Shown piece after piece: positions 8,172 to 18,368 of a stretch of DNA of 64,000 bases (position 1 is the first letter of the stretch; every line of letters begins with the position of its first letter). The notes beneath the pieces are model-generated. The model searched no databases. It was not told the origin of the DNA and saw nothing but the letters and a program-made list of their open reading frames with translations. Made by a program: the position numbers and the translations under genes. Source of the DNA: Candidatus Latescibacterota bacterium (GTDB lineage Bacteria > Latescibacterota > UBA2968 > UBA8231); assembly GCA_965243025.1 (NCBI GenBank), contig CBDETY010000003.1, forward strand, positions 4,320,001 to 4,384,000. The letters run 5' to 3'.

Positions 8172-10454
8172 GTGACACCGATTCCGAAATTCTGTCCCCG
8201 GCCCCTCGCCATCGCCCTGACCCTTGCCGGCGCACCAGCCACTCCCGGCTCGGCACAGGACGGAGAAGAAGACTGGGCCGCTTTCACGAGCATGCTCGAG
8301 GTCAACCAGCTCCACGTCGACCCCGGCGGCGACGTCTGGGCGGCAACCGATGGAGGCGCCCTGTATCTCGACGTCGACACCCAGGAGTACAGGCGCTTCA
8401 CGCGCGTCGACGGGCTCGCGGGCAATACTCTTCTCGCGGTGACCGGAGACGACCGCGGACATATCTGGTTCGGCAGCGACCGGCGGGGATTGAGCCGTTT
8501 CCGTCCCGAAACCAACTCCTTCGATCCGCCGTTTCTCGAATTCCGCGATCTTCGCATCAACGCCCTGCTGGCACTGGGCGACCGGCTCTACGTCGGCACC
8601 GAGGAGGGGGTAAGTCTTTTCCTGATCGACAAGGAGGAAGTGAAGGAGACGTACCGAAATCTCGGCGTACTGGGGCGCGATTCCGAGGTGATCGGACTTG
8701 GGATTATCGATGGCCTTCTGGTCGCCGGAACCACCCTGGGGGTCGCCTACGCCGACCTCGGCCAGCCCAATCTCCAGGATCCGGACAGCTGGGAGACCCT
8801 CGGCGGAACCGAGGACCTCGTCGACCTCCTCGAATTCGAAGGAACCCTGTTTCTGGCCGGACGGTTCGGGATTTCCTCGTTCCGTTCCGGGGAATACCGG
8901 ATCACGTTCGAGCTTGCCAACAAACCCGCCACCAGCCTCGGAGTCTTCGAAGGCCGTGTAGTGGCCTCCCTCGAGGAGGGCACCATCTTCGGGCGCGATC
9001 CCCAGGGTACCTGGGAGCGGGTTCGGGGAAGGTCGATATCCGGGGTCAGCGACATGTCCGAAAACGCCGATATCCTCTGGCTCGCCACCCGCCAGGGGCT
9101 GAGAGTCATCGGCGGAGATCCCCCTCCCCCCTCGAACGAGCCGGCCGAGAACCACTTCTTCGACATGGAGCTTCTCGACGGCGAGTTGTGGGTCGCCAGT
9201 GTGCCCGACGACCACCAGCAATCGTTCGGCGTCTACCAGCTCGGCGACTCCGGCTGGACGGTCCACAACCGGAGGTCGGGAATGCCCACCAACAATCTCA
9301 TCACCATCGAGGCTGATGGCGAAGGCCGCGTCTGGGTCGGATCCTGGGGCGGCGGAGTCGCCGTCCGGGACCAGGACGGCTGGGCAATCGTAAACCACGA
9401 GAACTCACCCCTGATCGGCATCGGGTCGAGCCGGAGCTTCGTCGCCATAAGCGATATCGCCCGCGACGAGGACGGGAACATGTGGATGGTCAACCTCAGA
9501 GGCGGCGTGGTGGTTGTCGACGGTTATCCCGTGCGGAACGGACTGCTGATCCCCCAGGACTGGCTGGGATTCGACACCCAGACCGACACCGGCAAGATCC
9601 GGTTCCGCGCCGACGGCGACGGCCTGAAATGGATAACCAGCCGCACCGAGGGAATCGCGGTACTCGACGACGGGGGCACGCCGTTCGACGACAGCGACGA
9701 CCGGACTGCTCGGCTCACCACCGCCAGCGAGCCCCGCCTTTCGAGCGACCGCATCACCGACCTCATGCTCGCCGCGGACGGGACCGTATGGGTGGGCACC
9801 AACAACGGCCTCGACAGCTTCAAGGGCACCTTCTCCGGGGATTCCGGCAGCTATTCGATCGCGGAGGAGGACTGGAGGACGTACGGGATCCATGACGGCC
9901 TGCCCACCGACGAAATCAACGCCCTGGCTGTCGACGCGGCGGGAAACATCTGGGTGGGGACCGAGGAAGGGCTGGCGCGAATAAACTCCCGCGGGGAGTG
10001 GGAGTTCACTTTTACCACCTCCAACAGCGGCTTGATCGACAACCGCGTGAAATCGCTGTTTTTCGACGAGATCGAGGGGGAGCTCTGGATCGGCACCTTC
10101 GACGGTCTGAGCCGCCTGACCCTCGGGGCCTCGGCTCCCGAAGGAAAAGCGGGCGAAGATCTGGCCATTTACCCGAACCCGTTCGATCCCTTCAATGAAG
10201 AGGGCAAACCGCTGACGGTTTCCGGCCTTCCCCTCGGCGCTTCGCTGCGGATCTACCGCCCCTCCGGACAGCTGGTCAGCCACCTTCCCGGCGAACCCGG
10301 AAGAGGGACGTTGTCGTGGAAGGGAGTGAACGAGGCCGGTTTTCTCGTCGGCTCGGGGGTCTACCTGATCGTCGCGGAAGACGCCCAGGGCAATCGCCGG
10401 CGCGGCAAGGTGGCGGTAATCAACGGCACGTCGGGATCGCCGCTGGCACGGTGA
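8172..10454 (+). CDS. Secreted beta-propeller (Reg_prop) protein with C-terminal FlgD-Ig/CTD-like domain; PorZ-like
   Basis: GTG start plus signal peptide; repeated D..G.(I/V)W(V/F)GT..GL blades; C-terminal IYPNPF...LRIY..SGQLV...W.G.N..G..VGSGVY. Confidence 0.75.
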   Translation: MTPIPKFCPRPLAIALTLAGAPATPGSAQDGEEDWAAFTSMLEVNQLHVDPGGDVWAATDGGALYLDVDTQEYRRFTRVDGLAGNTLLAVTGDDRGHIWFGSDRRGLSRFRPETNSFDPPFLEFRDLRINALLALGDRLYVGTEEGVSLFLIDKEEVKETYRNLGVLGRDSEVIGLGIIDGLLVAGTTLGVAYADLGQPNLQDPDSWETLGGTEDLVDLLEFEGTLFLAGRFGISSFRSGEYRITFELANKPATSLGVFEGRVVASLEEGTIFGRDPQGTWERVRGRSISGVSDMSENADILWLATRQGLRVIGGDPPPPSNEPAENHFFDMELLDGELWVASVPDDHQQSFGVYQLGDSGWTVHNRRSGMPTNNLITIEADGEGRVWVGSWGGGVAVRDQDGWAIVNHENSPLIGIGSSRSFVAISDIARDEDGNMWMVNLRGGVVVVDGYPVRNGLLIPQDWLGFDTQTDTGKIRFRADGDGLKWITSRTEGIAVLDDGGTPFDDSDDRTARLTTASEPRLSSDRITDLMLAADGTVWVGTNNGLDSFKGTFSGDSGSYSIAEEDWRTYGIHDGLPTDEINALAVDAAGNIWVGTEEGLARINSRGEWEFTFTTSNSGLIDNRVKSLFFDEIEGELWIGTFDGLSRLTLGASAPEGKAGEDLAIYPNPFDPFNEEGKPLTVSGLPLGASLRIYRPSGQLVSHLPGEPGRGTLSWKGVNEAGFLVGSGVYLIVAEDAQGNRRRGKVAVINGTSGSPLAR

Positions 10455-11113
10455 GACGACTCCCCCGGATTCTGCTCCCCTTGCTGTTCCTGTCGCCGGG
10501 GCTGGCAGCCGGCGACGGCCACCGGTTCGCGATCGCCCGCCTTCAGTACGACGGCGGCGGCGACTGGTACAGCAATCCCTCTTCCCTGCCGAACCTTCTC
10601 CGCTACATCGCCGGGCACACCCGCGTCGAGGCCGCACCCGAGGAGGGGCGGGTGCGCATCATGGACGAGGAGCTGTTCTCCTACCCGTACCTGTACATGA
10701 CCGGGCACGGCAACGTCTCGCTGTCGGAAGCGGAAGTGATCCGCCTGCGGCAGTATCTCGAGAACGGCGGTTTCCTGCACGCCGACGACAACTACGGGAT
10801 GGACGAATCCTTCCGCCGCGAGATGCGCAAGCTCTTTCCGCGCAAAGAATTCGTCGAGCTGCCCCCGGGTCACGGCATCTTCCGCAGCCATTTCGAGCTC
10901 CCCGGCGGACTGCCGAAGATCCACGAGCACGACGGCAACCGCCCGCAGGCCCTGGCCATGTTCGAAGGCAGCCGCATCGCCCTCCTCTACACCTTCGAAT
11001 CGGACCTCGGCGACGGCTGGGAAGATGCCGACGTCCACGGCGACCCCGGGGAGAAACGAGAGGCGGCGTTGCGCATGGGGACCAACATAGTCGTCTGGGC
11101 ACTCACTCACTGA
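10451..11113 (+). CDS. DUF4159 domain protein (secreted)
   Basis: IARLQYDGGGDWYSNPSSLPNL, YPYLYMTGHG, GGFLHADDNYG, DLGDGWED; GTG overlaps the previous stop. Confidence 0.88.
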   Translation: MRRLPRILLPLLFLSPGLAAGDGHRFAIARLQYDGGGDWYSNPSSLPNLLRYIAGHTRVEAAPEEGRVRIMDEELFSYPYLYMTGHGNVSLSEAEVIRLRQYLENGGFLHADDNYGMDESFRREMRKLFPRKEFVELPPGHGIFRSHFELPGGLPKIHEHDGNRPQALAMFEGSRIALLYTFESDLGDGWEDADVHGDPGEKREAALRMGTNIVVWALTH

Positions 11114-11141
11114 GGGCTGGGAGTTCAACCAGGAAAGGCGA

Positions 11142-14100
11142 ATGGCCGCCGAAGACAAGGGGCGAAGCGGGGCTTCCAATGCCGACTCCCGAAAGACGGG
11201 GTCGCATGCGGAGAATGAAGAGGTGTCCGCCGAACCCGGGAACCGATCCGATAGGGAACTCGCCTCGATAATCGCCTTCGCCCGCCGGCTCCGCCGCCGG
11301 CTGGTGGCGGTCGAGGCCGGATCCGCCCTGCTGCAGGGGCTTGCCGTCGCGCTGCTGCTCGGGCTCGCCGCAGTCTGCGCCGAGCACCTGCTCTACCCGG
11401 GACCCTTCTGGCGCACGGCGCTTGTGCTGGCCCCGCTCGCCGCCGCCGTCGCCGCCGCAGGGCTGAGGGTATACTCGCGGCTGCGCGGGCGGCTGACCTG
11501 GCACCGCGTCGGCCTGCTGGCCGAAAGGGACCTCCGGGAGCTCCGCGGGCGCCTGACCCTCGCCCTCGAGCTGGCGACTTCCCCGCCCCGGCGGCGGACC
11601 GGCTCCCCCGGCCTCACCGCGGCCGCGGTTCGGGGGGCGGCAGCCTGCATCGAAGGCCGCTCCACGGCATCCATCGTCGGCTGGAATCCCCTGCGGCAGG
11701 CGGTCCGGCAACTCGCCCTTGCGGCCCTGGCCGCCGCGGCTGCCGGCTCCCTGTTCGCCGACGATCTGCTGCCCGCGGCAAAGCGCTGCGCGAGTCCTCT
11801 GCGCGAGCACCCCCGCCTGGCGCGGACTCTCATCGAGGTCCGGCCCCCGCAGCTGGAGGTGGTGAAGGGAGAAGACGCCGCGGTCGAGATCCTGTTCTCC
11901 GGGGAGGTGCCGCGCACCGCGGAAGTCCTGAGGCGCGACGCTGACAGCGCCGACTGGCAGGTCACCGAGATCGCCGCCTCCGCGGGCGAGGCCGCCGACA
12001 CGGTCCGCTACATCTTCACCGGCGTGGCGCGACCGTTCTCCTTTGCCGTCCGCGGAGGCGACGGGCACGCGGGGCCGTACCGCGTCGAGGTCCTCGATCC
12101 TCCCGAGGTGCGGCAGCTTACCATCCGCTACCGCTACCCCCCGCACTGCGGCTGGCCGGAGCGGGTCGAATCCGGAAACGGCGACGTCAGCGCACCTGCC
12201 GGAACCGAGGTGGAAATCCGGATCGATGCCTCCAAGCCGCTCGCCGAAGCCGCCCTGGTCGTCGACGACAGCCTGCGCCTGCCGGCCGAGGTCGAGGATC
12301 TGGGAGCCCGCGTCACCTTCTCCCTGCCGGTCGCCGCGGACCGGGGCAGCGACCCCGAAACCCCCGCCCCTGAGCGCCGTCTCTACCACATCGACCTGAG
12401 AGACCGCAAGGGGGTGGCAAACCGCGACCCGATCCGCTACGCCATCGAGGTGCTGCAGGACCAGGATCCGCGGGTGGCGTTCGTCGAGCCGGGAGAAGAC
12501 ATCGATCTTCCCGAGTCCAGGGTGGTCCGCCTGGGAATAGAGGGAAGCGACGATTTCGGCATCGCCTCCCTCGAGCTGCTGTTCCGCAAGAACGGCGGCA
12601 GCGAGGCCTCGGCCGCCCTGAGCTTCCGCCCGGGCCCGCGGGTCGCCGTCGAACACCTCTGGGATCTCGCCGGCCTCGACCTGCTGCCCGAAGACCGCGT
12701 CACCTACCGCGTGCGCGCCACCGACAACGACGCGGTCACGGGACCGAAGAGCAGCTTCTCGAAGGAGTTCGCCGTGCGCTTCCCGTCGATGTTCGAGCTT
12801 CTCGACGAAGTCACCGAGCTGCAGAGCGAAACGGTGATGTCGATGGAGGAGCTGATCGACCGGGAGCGCAGCGCGCAGCAGTACCTCGAGCAGGTGCGCC
12901 GGGAGGTCCTGAAGACCGAGGAGCTCAGCTGGGAGCAGAAACGGGAGCTCGAAGCGGCGCTGGACCGCGAGCGCGAGCGCGCCAGGGCCCTCGAAGAGGC
13001 GGCTCAGGAACTGGCCGAGGTGGCGGAAAAGCTGTCGGACCAGGGTCTGGGCTCGCGGGAGCTCCTCGACAAGATGGAGGAGATCCGCGAGCTGATGGAG
13101 GAGGTCACCACACCCGAGCTGCTCGAGGCCCTGCGGGAGCTGGAACAGTCCGCCGGCGAGCTCGACCCGGAACAGCTGGCGGAAACACTGAAGAGATTCG
13201 GCGAGGAGTACGAGGTCTTCGAGCAGCGTCTCGACCGCACCCTGGCGCTGCTGCGGCAGGTCCAGGCCGAGCAGCAGCTCGACGCGGCGGTCGAGAAGGC
13301 CCGCGACCTGCTCTCGCGGCAGGAGAACATCGGCGAAGCGCTCGCCTCCGCTTCGGAGGCCGCGGCTCGCCTCGAGGCGCGGGAGGAGGCCCTGGCCCGC
13401 GACTCCGAGCGCCTGCGAGGCGATCTCGAGGAGGCTGCCGCGGCGCTTGCCCCGATCAGCCCGGAAAGCTCGGAAGGCCTCAGCCGCGAGGCGGCGGAAA
13501 TGGAGCAGCGCGCCCTCGCCGGGCGCATGAGGGAAATGGCGGCGAGCATGGGGCAAGGGAGGCGGCGGCATGCCCGGGGCCTCGGCAAGGGGCTGGAGGA
13601 GGATCTCGGCGGGCTTGCGGGGGACCTCGAAAAGCTGCGGGACCAGTTCTCCGCCGAGGGCAGGAACCGCCTCGTCGCGCAGCTTCGCGACGCCATGGCC
13701 GGCCTGATCGATCTATCTCACAGCCAGGAGGAGCTGTCCCGGCGCACCGGCCGGGAACGGGACGGGGCGTCGGCCGCGGCCCTCGCCGACGAGCAGTTCG
13801 CCCTGCTGCGAGGCGCCGACGCCGTCATCGCCGGGCTGGCGCGGGCAGGCCGGCAGACCCTGAGCCTGGATCCGGCCGTAATCGTAACCGCCGGGTATGC
13901 GCGTCAGCAGATGCAGGAGTCCGGACACCGGCTCGGACAGCGGGAGGCCGGACGGTCCCTTTCCAGCCAGGCCGAGGCTTACGGCTACCTGAACGAAGCT
14001 GCCAACATGCTGCGCCGGAGCATCGAGGACGTCGCCTCGTCGTTCATGCCGTCCGGGTTCGCCGAGGCGATGGAGAAGCTGCTCGGGCTTTCAGAACAGC

Positions 14101-14657
14101 AGGCCGCCCTCAACCAGGCGACGCGGGAAGCGATCGAGGGCATGGAGGGGCAGGAGGGAGAACGCGGAAGACCTGCTCGCGGGGCGAACGCGAGAGCCGA
14201 CATGGCCCGCCTGGCCGCCGAACAGCGCAGCATCATGCAGGCGCTGTCAGAAATCGAGCGCAGTTTGCGCGGCCATCGAGGCGCGGAAAAACGGATGCGC
14301 GGGATCGCCGAGGAAATGAAGGGGGTGCTGCGCGACATGCGGCAGAGCCGGCCCCACTCCCGCATCAACCAGGCGCAGGAGCGGATCTACCAGCGCATGC
14401 TCGACGCCAGCCGTTCGATCTACGCGCGCGGGTCCAAGAAGCAGAGGCAGTCCGAAGCCGGCGCCGACCGCGAATATGCCGGACCGCTGTGGATCCCGGG
14501 GGACCTCGGCCAGCGCCCCGACCTCTGGCGCGAGGCGATGAAGCGCGCCCTCGCCGGCAACCTGCCCCCGGAGTACCGCGAGCTGGTGCGCCGCTACTAC
14601 GAGTCGGTCTACGCCGACATCGCCGCCCGCCCCGACACCCTGGAAGGGCTGCCGTGA
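11142..14657 (+). CDS. DUF4175-like membrane-anchored protein with Ig-like region and long coiled coil
   Basis: N-terminal TM helices, P..V...P, SDDFGI, YRVRATDND..GPK, Glu/Gln-rich coiled coil, C-terminal PPEYRELVRRYY. Confidence 0.75.
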   Translation: MAAEDKGRSGASNADSRKTGSHAENEEVSAEPGNRSDRELASIIAFARRLRRRLVAVEAGSALLQGLAVALLLGLAAVCAEHLLYPGPFWRTALVLAPLAAAVAAAGLRVYSRLRGRLTWHRVGLLAERDLRELRGRLTLALELATSPPRRRTGSPGLTAAAVRGAAACIEGRSTASIVGWNPLRQAVRQLALAALAAAAAGSLFADDLLPAAKRCASPLREHPRLARTLIEVRPPQLEVVKGEDAAVEILFSGEVPRTAEVLRRDADSADWQVTEIAASAGEAADTVRYIFTGVARPFSFAVRGGDGHAGPYRVEVLDPPEVRQLTIRYRYPPHCGWPERVESGNGDVSAPAGTEVEIRIDASKPLAEAALVVDDSLRLPAEVEDLGARVTFSLPVAADRGSDPETPAPERRLYHIDLRDRKGVANRDPIRYAIEVLQDQDPRVAFVEPGEDIDLPESRVVRLGIEGSDDFGIASLELLFRKNGGSEASAALSFRPGPRVAVEHLWDLAGLDLLPEDRVTYRVRATDNDAVTGPKSSFSKEFAVRFPSMFELLDEVTELQSETVMSMEELIDRERSAQQYLEQVRREVLKTEELSWEQKRELEAALDRERERARALEEAAQELAEVAEKLSDQGLGSRELLDKMEEIRELMEEVTTPELLEALRELEQSAGELDPEQLAETLKRFGEEYEVFEQRLDRTLALLRQVQAEQQLDAAVEKARDLLSRQENIGEALASASEAAARLEAREEALARDSERLRGDLEEAAAALAPISPESSEGLSREAAEMEQRALAGRMREMAASMGQGRRRHARGLGKGLEEDLGGLAGDLEKLRDQFSAEGRNRLVAQLRDAMAGLIDLSHSQEELSRRTGRERDGASAAALADEQFALLRGADAVIAGLARAGRQTLSLDPAVIVTAGYARQQMQESGHRLGQREAGRSLSSQAEAYGYLNEAANMLRRSIEDVASSFMPSGFAEAMEKLLGLSEQQAALNQATREAIEGMEGQEGERGRPARGANARADMARLAAEQRSIMQALSEIERSLRGHRGAEKRMRGIAEEMKGVLRDMRQSRPHSRINQAQERIYQRMLDASRSIYARGSKKQRQSEAGADREYAGPLWIPGDLGQRPDLWREAMKRALAGNLPPEYRELVRRYYESVYADIAARPDTLEGLP

Positions 14658-16069
14658 GCGCGCGCGGACTGTTGTTCTGCCTCTGCCTCGGGGCGGCCCT
14701 GAACACACAGACTGGAGCGCAAACCGGCGACGCCGGCCAGCAGCGTCGCGGCACCCACCCATGGGCCCTCTGCCTCGAGCACCTGGCGGCCGGGCGCTAC
14801 CCCGAAGCGGTGAGCGCCGCCCTCGATTACCTCGACTCGCAACCTCAGCATTTCCCCCTGGTCGAGAGCCACTTCGAGAAGATCGCCGGAGCCGGGGACG
14901 GCAGCGCCGGGGAGCCGGAGCGGAGAACCGCCGCCGTCGCCCGGGCCCTGCGCGAAGCCCTGGACGGCTCGCACCGCGACCCCCTGCACGCGGCGATTCT
15001 TCTGGCCGCGGTATCGCTGAAGGCGGGCGAGCCGCAGGCAGGCCTGGAGGCGCTCCTCCAGATCGAGGGGCGCTCCGACATCGGCGGTGCGCTCTACGAA
15101 TTCGCCTCCCGCTGCGAGGCTTCCGGTTTCGACGAGGTTGCCGCGCAAAGCTACCGGCGTTACTCCGAACGCCCGCAGGGGAATCCCCGCTACCGTTCCG
15201 GATCTCTGCTCAAGGAGGGGGAGATCTACGAGCGGCAGGGGCGGCACGACCGGGCGCTGTCCGTGTACCGCGAGGTCGCCGACCGTTTTTCCCACGAGCC
15301 GGAAGGCCGCGAGGCGATCTACCGCCAGGGGCGCATGCTGCTGCAGGTTTACGGCGACGCCGGGACGGCGCGCCTGCTGCTGGCCTCCCTGGCCACCGGC
15401 CGCGGCGGATACCGCTCCTCCGACGCCGCCCTGCTGCTGGCCGAATGCGACCTCGCCGAGGGAGACCTCGACGCCGCCGGGGACCGCTACCGCGCCCTGC
15501 TGGACGCCTCCGCCGGAGACCGGGCGGCGCGCTACGGGCTCGGCCGCCTCGCCTGGCTGCACGCCGATTTCGAAGGCGCCCTCGCCCATTTCGACACCCT
15601 GCTCGCGGCGCAGCCGGGGCACGAGCTGGCCAACGACGCCCTGGAGGTCGTCACCCTGATCGAGGACCAGCGCGGGAACGAGCGGGAGCTGGCGCTCTAC
15701 GCGACGTCGCTTCTGTACCAGCACCAGGGCCGCCACGCGGAGGCCGCCGGGGTGAGACGGGAACTGCAGGGCGCGCCGGAAGGCATCGAGGTCCGCGCCA
15801 TGCTCGACCAGGCCCGGGCCTGCGAGGCGCGCGGCCGCCCAGACAGCGCCCTGGCGAGGTACGCCGAGGTCGCCGCATCGTTTCCCGGCCGCCGCGAGGC
15901 GCTCACCGCCCTGATCCTGCGGGCGCGTCTGCTCGAGAAACAGGGCCGCCCGCTCGAGGCGCTGCGCACCTGGGAGAGCGCCCTTCTGGGATTCCCCGGC
16001 GACCCACGGGCGGCGCAGGTCCGTCTCGAGATACAGCGGCTGCGGCCCCTGTACCGGGAGACGGGCTGA
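14654..16069 (+). CDS. Tetratricopeptide-repeat protein (secreted)
   Basis: GTG overlaps the upstream stop; signal peptide; repeated A..Y/..A...L(G/A) helical repeats; ELANDALE motif. Confidence 0.8.
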   Translation: MSARGLLFCLCLGAALNTQTGAQTGDAGQQRRGTHPWALCLEHLAAGRYPEAVSAALDYLDSQPQHFPLVESHFEKIAGAGDGSAGEPERRTAAVARALREALDGSHRDPLHAAILLAAVSLKAGEPQAGLEALLQIEGRSDIGGALYEFASRCEASGFDEVAAQSYRRYSERPQGNPRYRSGSLLKEGEIYERQGRHDRALSVYREVADRFSHEPEGREAIYRQGRMLLQVYGDAGTARLLLASLATGRGGYRSSDAALLLAECDLAEGDLDAAGDRYRALLDASAGDRAARYGLGRLAWLHADFEGALAHFDTLLAAQPGHELANDALEVVTLIEDQRGNERELALYATSLLYQHQGRHAEAAGVRRELQGAPEGIEVRAMLDQARACEARGRPDSALARYAEVAASFPGRREALTALILRARLLEKQGRPLEALRTWESALLGFPGDPRAAQVRLEIQRLRPLYRETG

Positions 16070-16082
16070 GCCGGGGATTACA

Positions 16083-17357
16083 ATGGCAAAAAAACGGCTC
16101 CGGATCGCCCTGCTCGCGGCGGTGATCTGCTCCCTGCCGGGGACGGCGTCGGCACAGCGGATCCTGGTGCCGATGGACCTCGTCCAGACCGAGCACCTCA
16201 AGGCCTACGGCCTCGCCCTGTGGAATCTCGAACGCGGCGTCCCGGTCGAGTGGCTCCTCAACTACCGGGGCGGCTCCTTCCTCGTCGAAGCCCACCCCCT
16301 CATCGCCGCCGAGGCCGGCATCCGCGGCATCTCCATCGAGACGGTTTCCGAAGGGGAGGCAGCCGGCATCTACGCCGACATCGACGCCGGCAACATGGAA
16401 GTCGTCCGCCTCGACAAGGCCCCCCGCATCGCCGTGTACACGCCGCCCAACACCCAGCCCTGGGACGACGCCGTAACCCTGGCGCTGCAGTACGCCGGCA
16501 TCGAGTACGACCGCCTCTTCGACGCCGAGGTGCTCGCCGGCAAGCTGGAAGATTACGACTGGCTGCACCTGCACCACGAGGACTTCACCGGCCAGTACGG
16601 GAAGTTCTACGCCAGCTACCGGCGCCAGCCCTGGTACCAGGATCAGCAGAAGCTGTACGAGGCCATGGCCGCCGAGCTGGGTTTCTCCAAGGTTTCGGAG
16701 CAGAAGAAGGCGGTGGCGCGCAAGATCCGCGACTACATGAACGGGGGCGGGTTCGTCTTCGCCATGTGCTCGGCGACCGACACCTTCGACATCGCCCTGG
16801 CCGCCGAAGGGGTCGACATCGCCGCGGCGGTATTCGACGGGGACGCCGCCGATCCCCGGGCCCAGGAGAAACTCGACTACAGCCGCACCGTGGCGTTCGA
16901 GAACTTCCGCCTCGAGACCGACCCGATGGTCTACGAGCACTCCGACATCGACACCACGCCGCGCGACGTGCGCAGGGTGAGAACCGCCGAAGCGGAGTAC
17001 TTCACCCTGTTCGAGTTCTCCGCCAAGTACGACCCGGTCCCGGCGATGCTGACCCAGTGCCACACCAACGTCGTCGACGGCTTCCTCGGGCAGACCACCG
17101 GCTTCCGCCGCTCGCTGATCAAGGAATCGGTGATCGTCCTGGGGGAGGTCGAGGGAACCGAGGTCGTCAAGTACATCCACGGCCGCCTCGGCAAGGGGAC
17201 CTTTACCTTCTACGGGGGCCACGATCCGGAGGACCACAAGCACCACGTCGGCGACCCGCCGACGAGGCTGTCCCTGTTCCCCAACTCCCCCGGCTACCGC
17301 CTGATACTGAACAACGTCCTGTTTCCCGCCGCGAAGAAGAAAGAACGCAAGACGTGA
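16083..17357 (+). CDS. Conserved secreted protein with class-I glutamine-amidotransferase-like features (family often labelled 'asparagine synthetase B' in FCB genomes; function unknown)
   Basis: Signal peptide; HLKAYG, WLLNYRGGSF, PWDDAVTLAL, DWLHLHHEDFTGQYGKF, FAMCSATD, YGGHDPED, NSPGYRLILNNVLFPAA. Confidence 0.75.
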   Translation: MAKKRLRIALLAAVICSLPGTASAQRILVPMDLVQTEHLKAYGLALWNLERGVPVEWLLNYRGGSFLVEAHPLIAAEAGIRGISIETVSEGEAAGIYADIDAGNMEVVRLDKAPRIAVYTPPNTQPWDDAVTLALQYAGIEYDRLFDAEVLAGKLEDYDWLHLHHEDFTGQYGKFYASYRRQPWYQDQQKLYEAMAAELGFSKVSEQKKAVARKIRDYMNGGGFVFAMCSATDTFDIALAAEGVDIAAAVFDGDAADPRAQEKLDYSRTVAFENFRLETDPMVYEHSDIDTTPRDVRRVRTAEAEYFTLFEFSAKYDPVPAMLTQCHTNVVDGFLGQTTGFRRSLIKESVIVLGEVEGTEVVKYIHGRLGKGTFTFYGGHDPEDHKHHVGDPPTRLSLFPNSPGYRLILNNVLFPAAKKKERKT

Positions 17358-17420
17358 AGCCATCTCGACCGGGGGTCGAGTAATGAGCCAGCAGCCGCAG
17401 CAGCAGCGGCAGGACCATCA

Positions 17421-17558
17421 GGCGACCTGTTCAGCATCGGCGAGTGCCTGAGGCAGGCCGGCGGCTCCTTCGACATCGAATCGACGCCGGGGCAGGGGAC
17501 GCGCTGCGTGCTGGCGGTTCCTTCCCCGCTGCTCGAGCAAAAGGAGAGTTCCCGATGA
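17421..17558 (+). pseudogene. C-terminal remnant of a NarX/DesK-type histidine kinase (end of HATPase_c)
   Basis: Reads GDLFSIGECLRQAGGSFDIESTPGQGTRCVLAVP...*. No in-frame start before the TGA at 17355. Its stop overlaps the response-regulator ATG. Confidence 0.7.
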
Positions 17559-18190
17559 CGATCCGCGTTTTGCTGGTGGACGATCACGAGCTGATGCGCG
17601 AGGCGTTGTGCACCAGGTTCGCGAAGGACGACGAGTTCGAGGTGGTGGCAGAAGCAGGGGACGGGCGGACCGCGGTGGAGCTGGCCGCGGCCCGCAGGCC
17701 GGACGTCGTGATCATGGACGTATCCCTGCCCGACCTGAGCGGAATCGAGGCGGCGCGCCAGGTCCTCGGCCAGGCCCCGGAGGTCAAGGTGGTGGCCCTG
17801 TCGATGCACGAGGATCCGCACTTCGTCGCCGGCATGCTGGAGGCGGGGGCCTCGGGGTACGTGACCAAAGGAGGGGCCGGGACCGGGGCCGAGGTGCTGC
17901 GGGCCGCCCGGGCGGCCCTGGCCGGCCGCACCTACCTGAGCCCGGAGCTGGCCGGGGCCGTGTACGACCAGATGCAGAGGCTTGCCGCCCGTCCGGAGCT
18001 GAAGGAGCGGGAGCGCGAGGTGCTGCGGCTCATCAGCGAGGATCTGACGACACCGGAAATTGCCAGGCGACTGAACCTGAGCGAGAACACCGTCCACACG
18101 CACCGGCAGCACCTCATGGACAAGCTCGACCGGCACGGCATAGCGGCCTTGACCAAGTACGCGATCAGCACCGGACTCACCACGCTGTAG
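17555..18190 (+). CDS. NarL/LuxR-family DNA-binding response regulator
   Basis: MTIRVLLVDDH, PDVVIMDVSLP (phospho-Asp), GASGYVTK, LKEREREVL...IARRLNLSENTVHTHR HTH; RBS AAGGAG. Confidence 0.95.
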   Translation: MTIRVLLVDDHELMREALCTRFAKDDEFEVVAEAGDGRTAVELAAARRPDVVIMDVSLPDLSGIEAARQVLGQAPEVKVVALSMHEDPHFVAGMLEAGASGYVTKGGAGTGAEVLRAARAALAGRTYLSPELAGAVYDQMQRLAARPELKEREREVLRLISEDLTTPEIARRLNLSENTVHTHRQHLMDKLDRHGIAALTKYAISTGLTTL

Positions 18191-18306
18191 CTGCCCTCAC
18201 TCGCGCAGTCCCTCCCTTCCGGCTTCGGCTCCCGATTCCACAGGCAGCCCCCCCGGAGGCCCACGGCGCCGGATTTTTCCGGACAAATCCCCGATTTCCG
18301 GAAATA

Positions 18307-18368
18307 TCACCTGATCGGGTGACGAAAAATCACCTGATCAGGTGACGAAAAATTACCCGACCGGGTGA
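18307..18368. promoter_or_regulatory. Three tandem 16-bp palindromic operator-like boxes, 23-bp period
   Basis: TCACCTGATCGGGTGA (18307), perfect palindrome TCACCTGATCAGGTGA (18330) and TTACCCGACCGGGTGA (18353), each separated by CGAAAAA. Confidence 0.7.

Noticed and set aside
17355-17357. Stop-codon readthrough or selenocysteine joining the 16083 gene to the in-frame kinase stub
   Set aside because: The upstream protein ends at a natural basic C-terminus, no SECIS-like hairpin is evident, and the fusion makes no functional sense.
18307-18368. Mini-CRISPR
   Set aside because: The 7-bp linkers are identical and far too short to be spacers; an operator array fits better.
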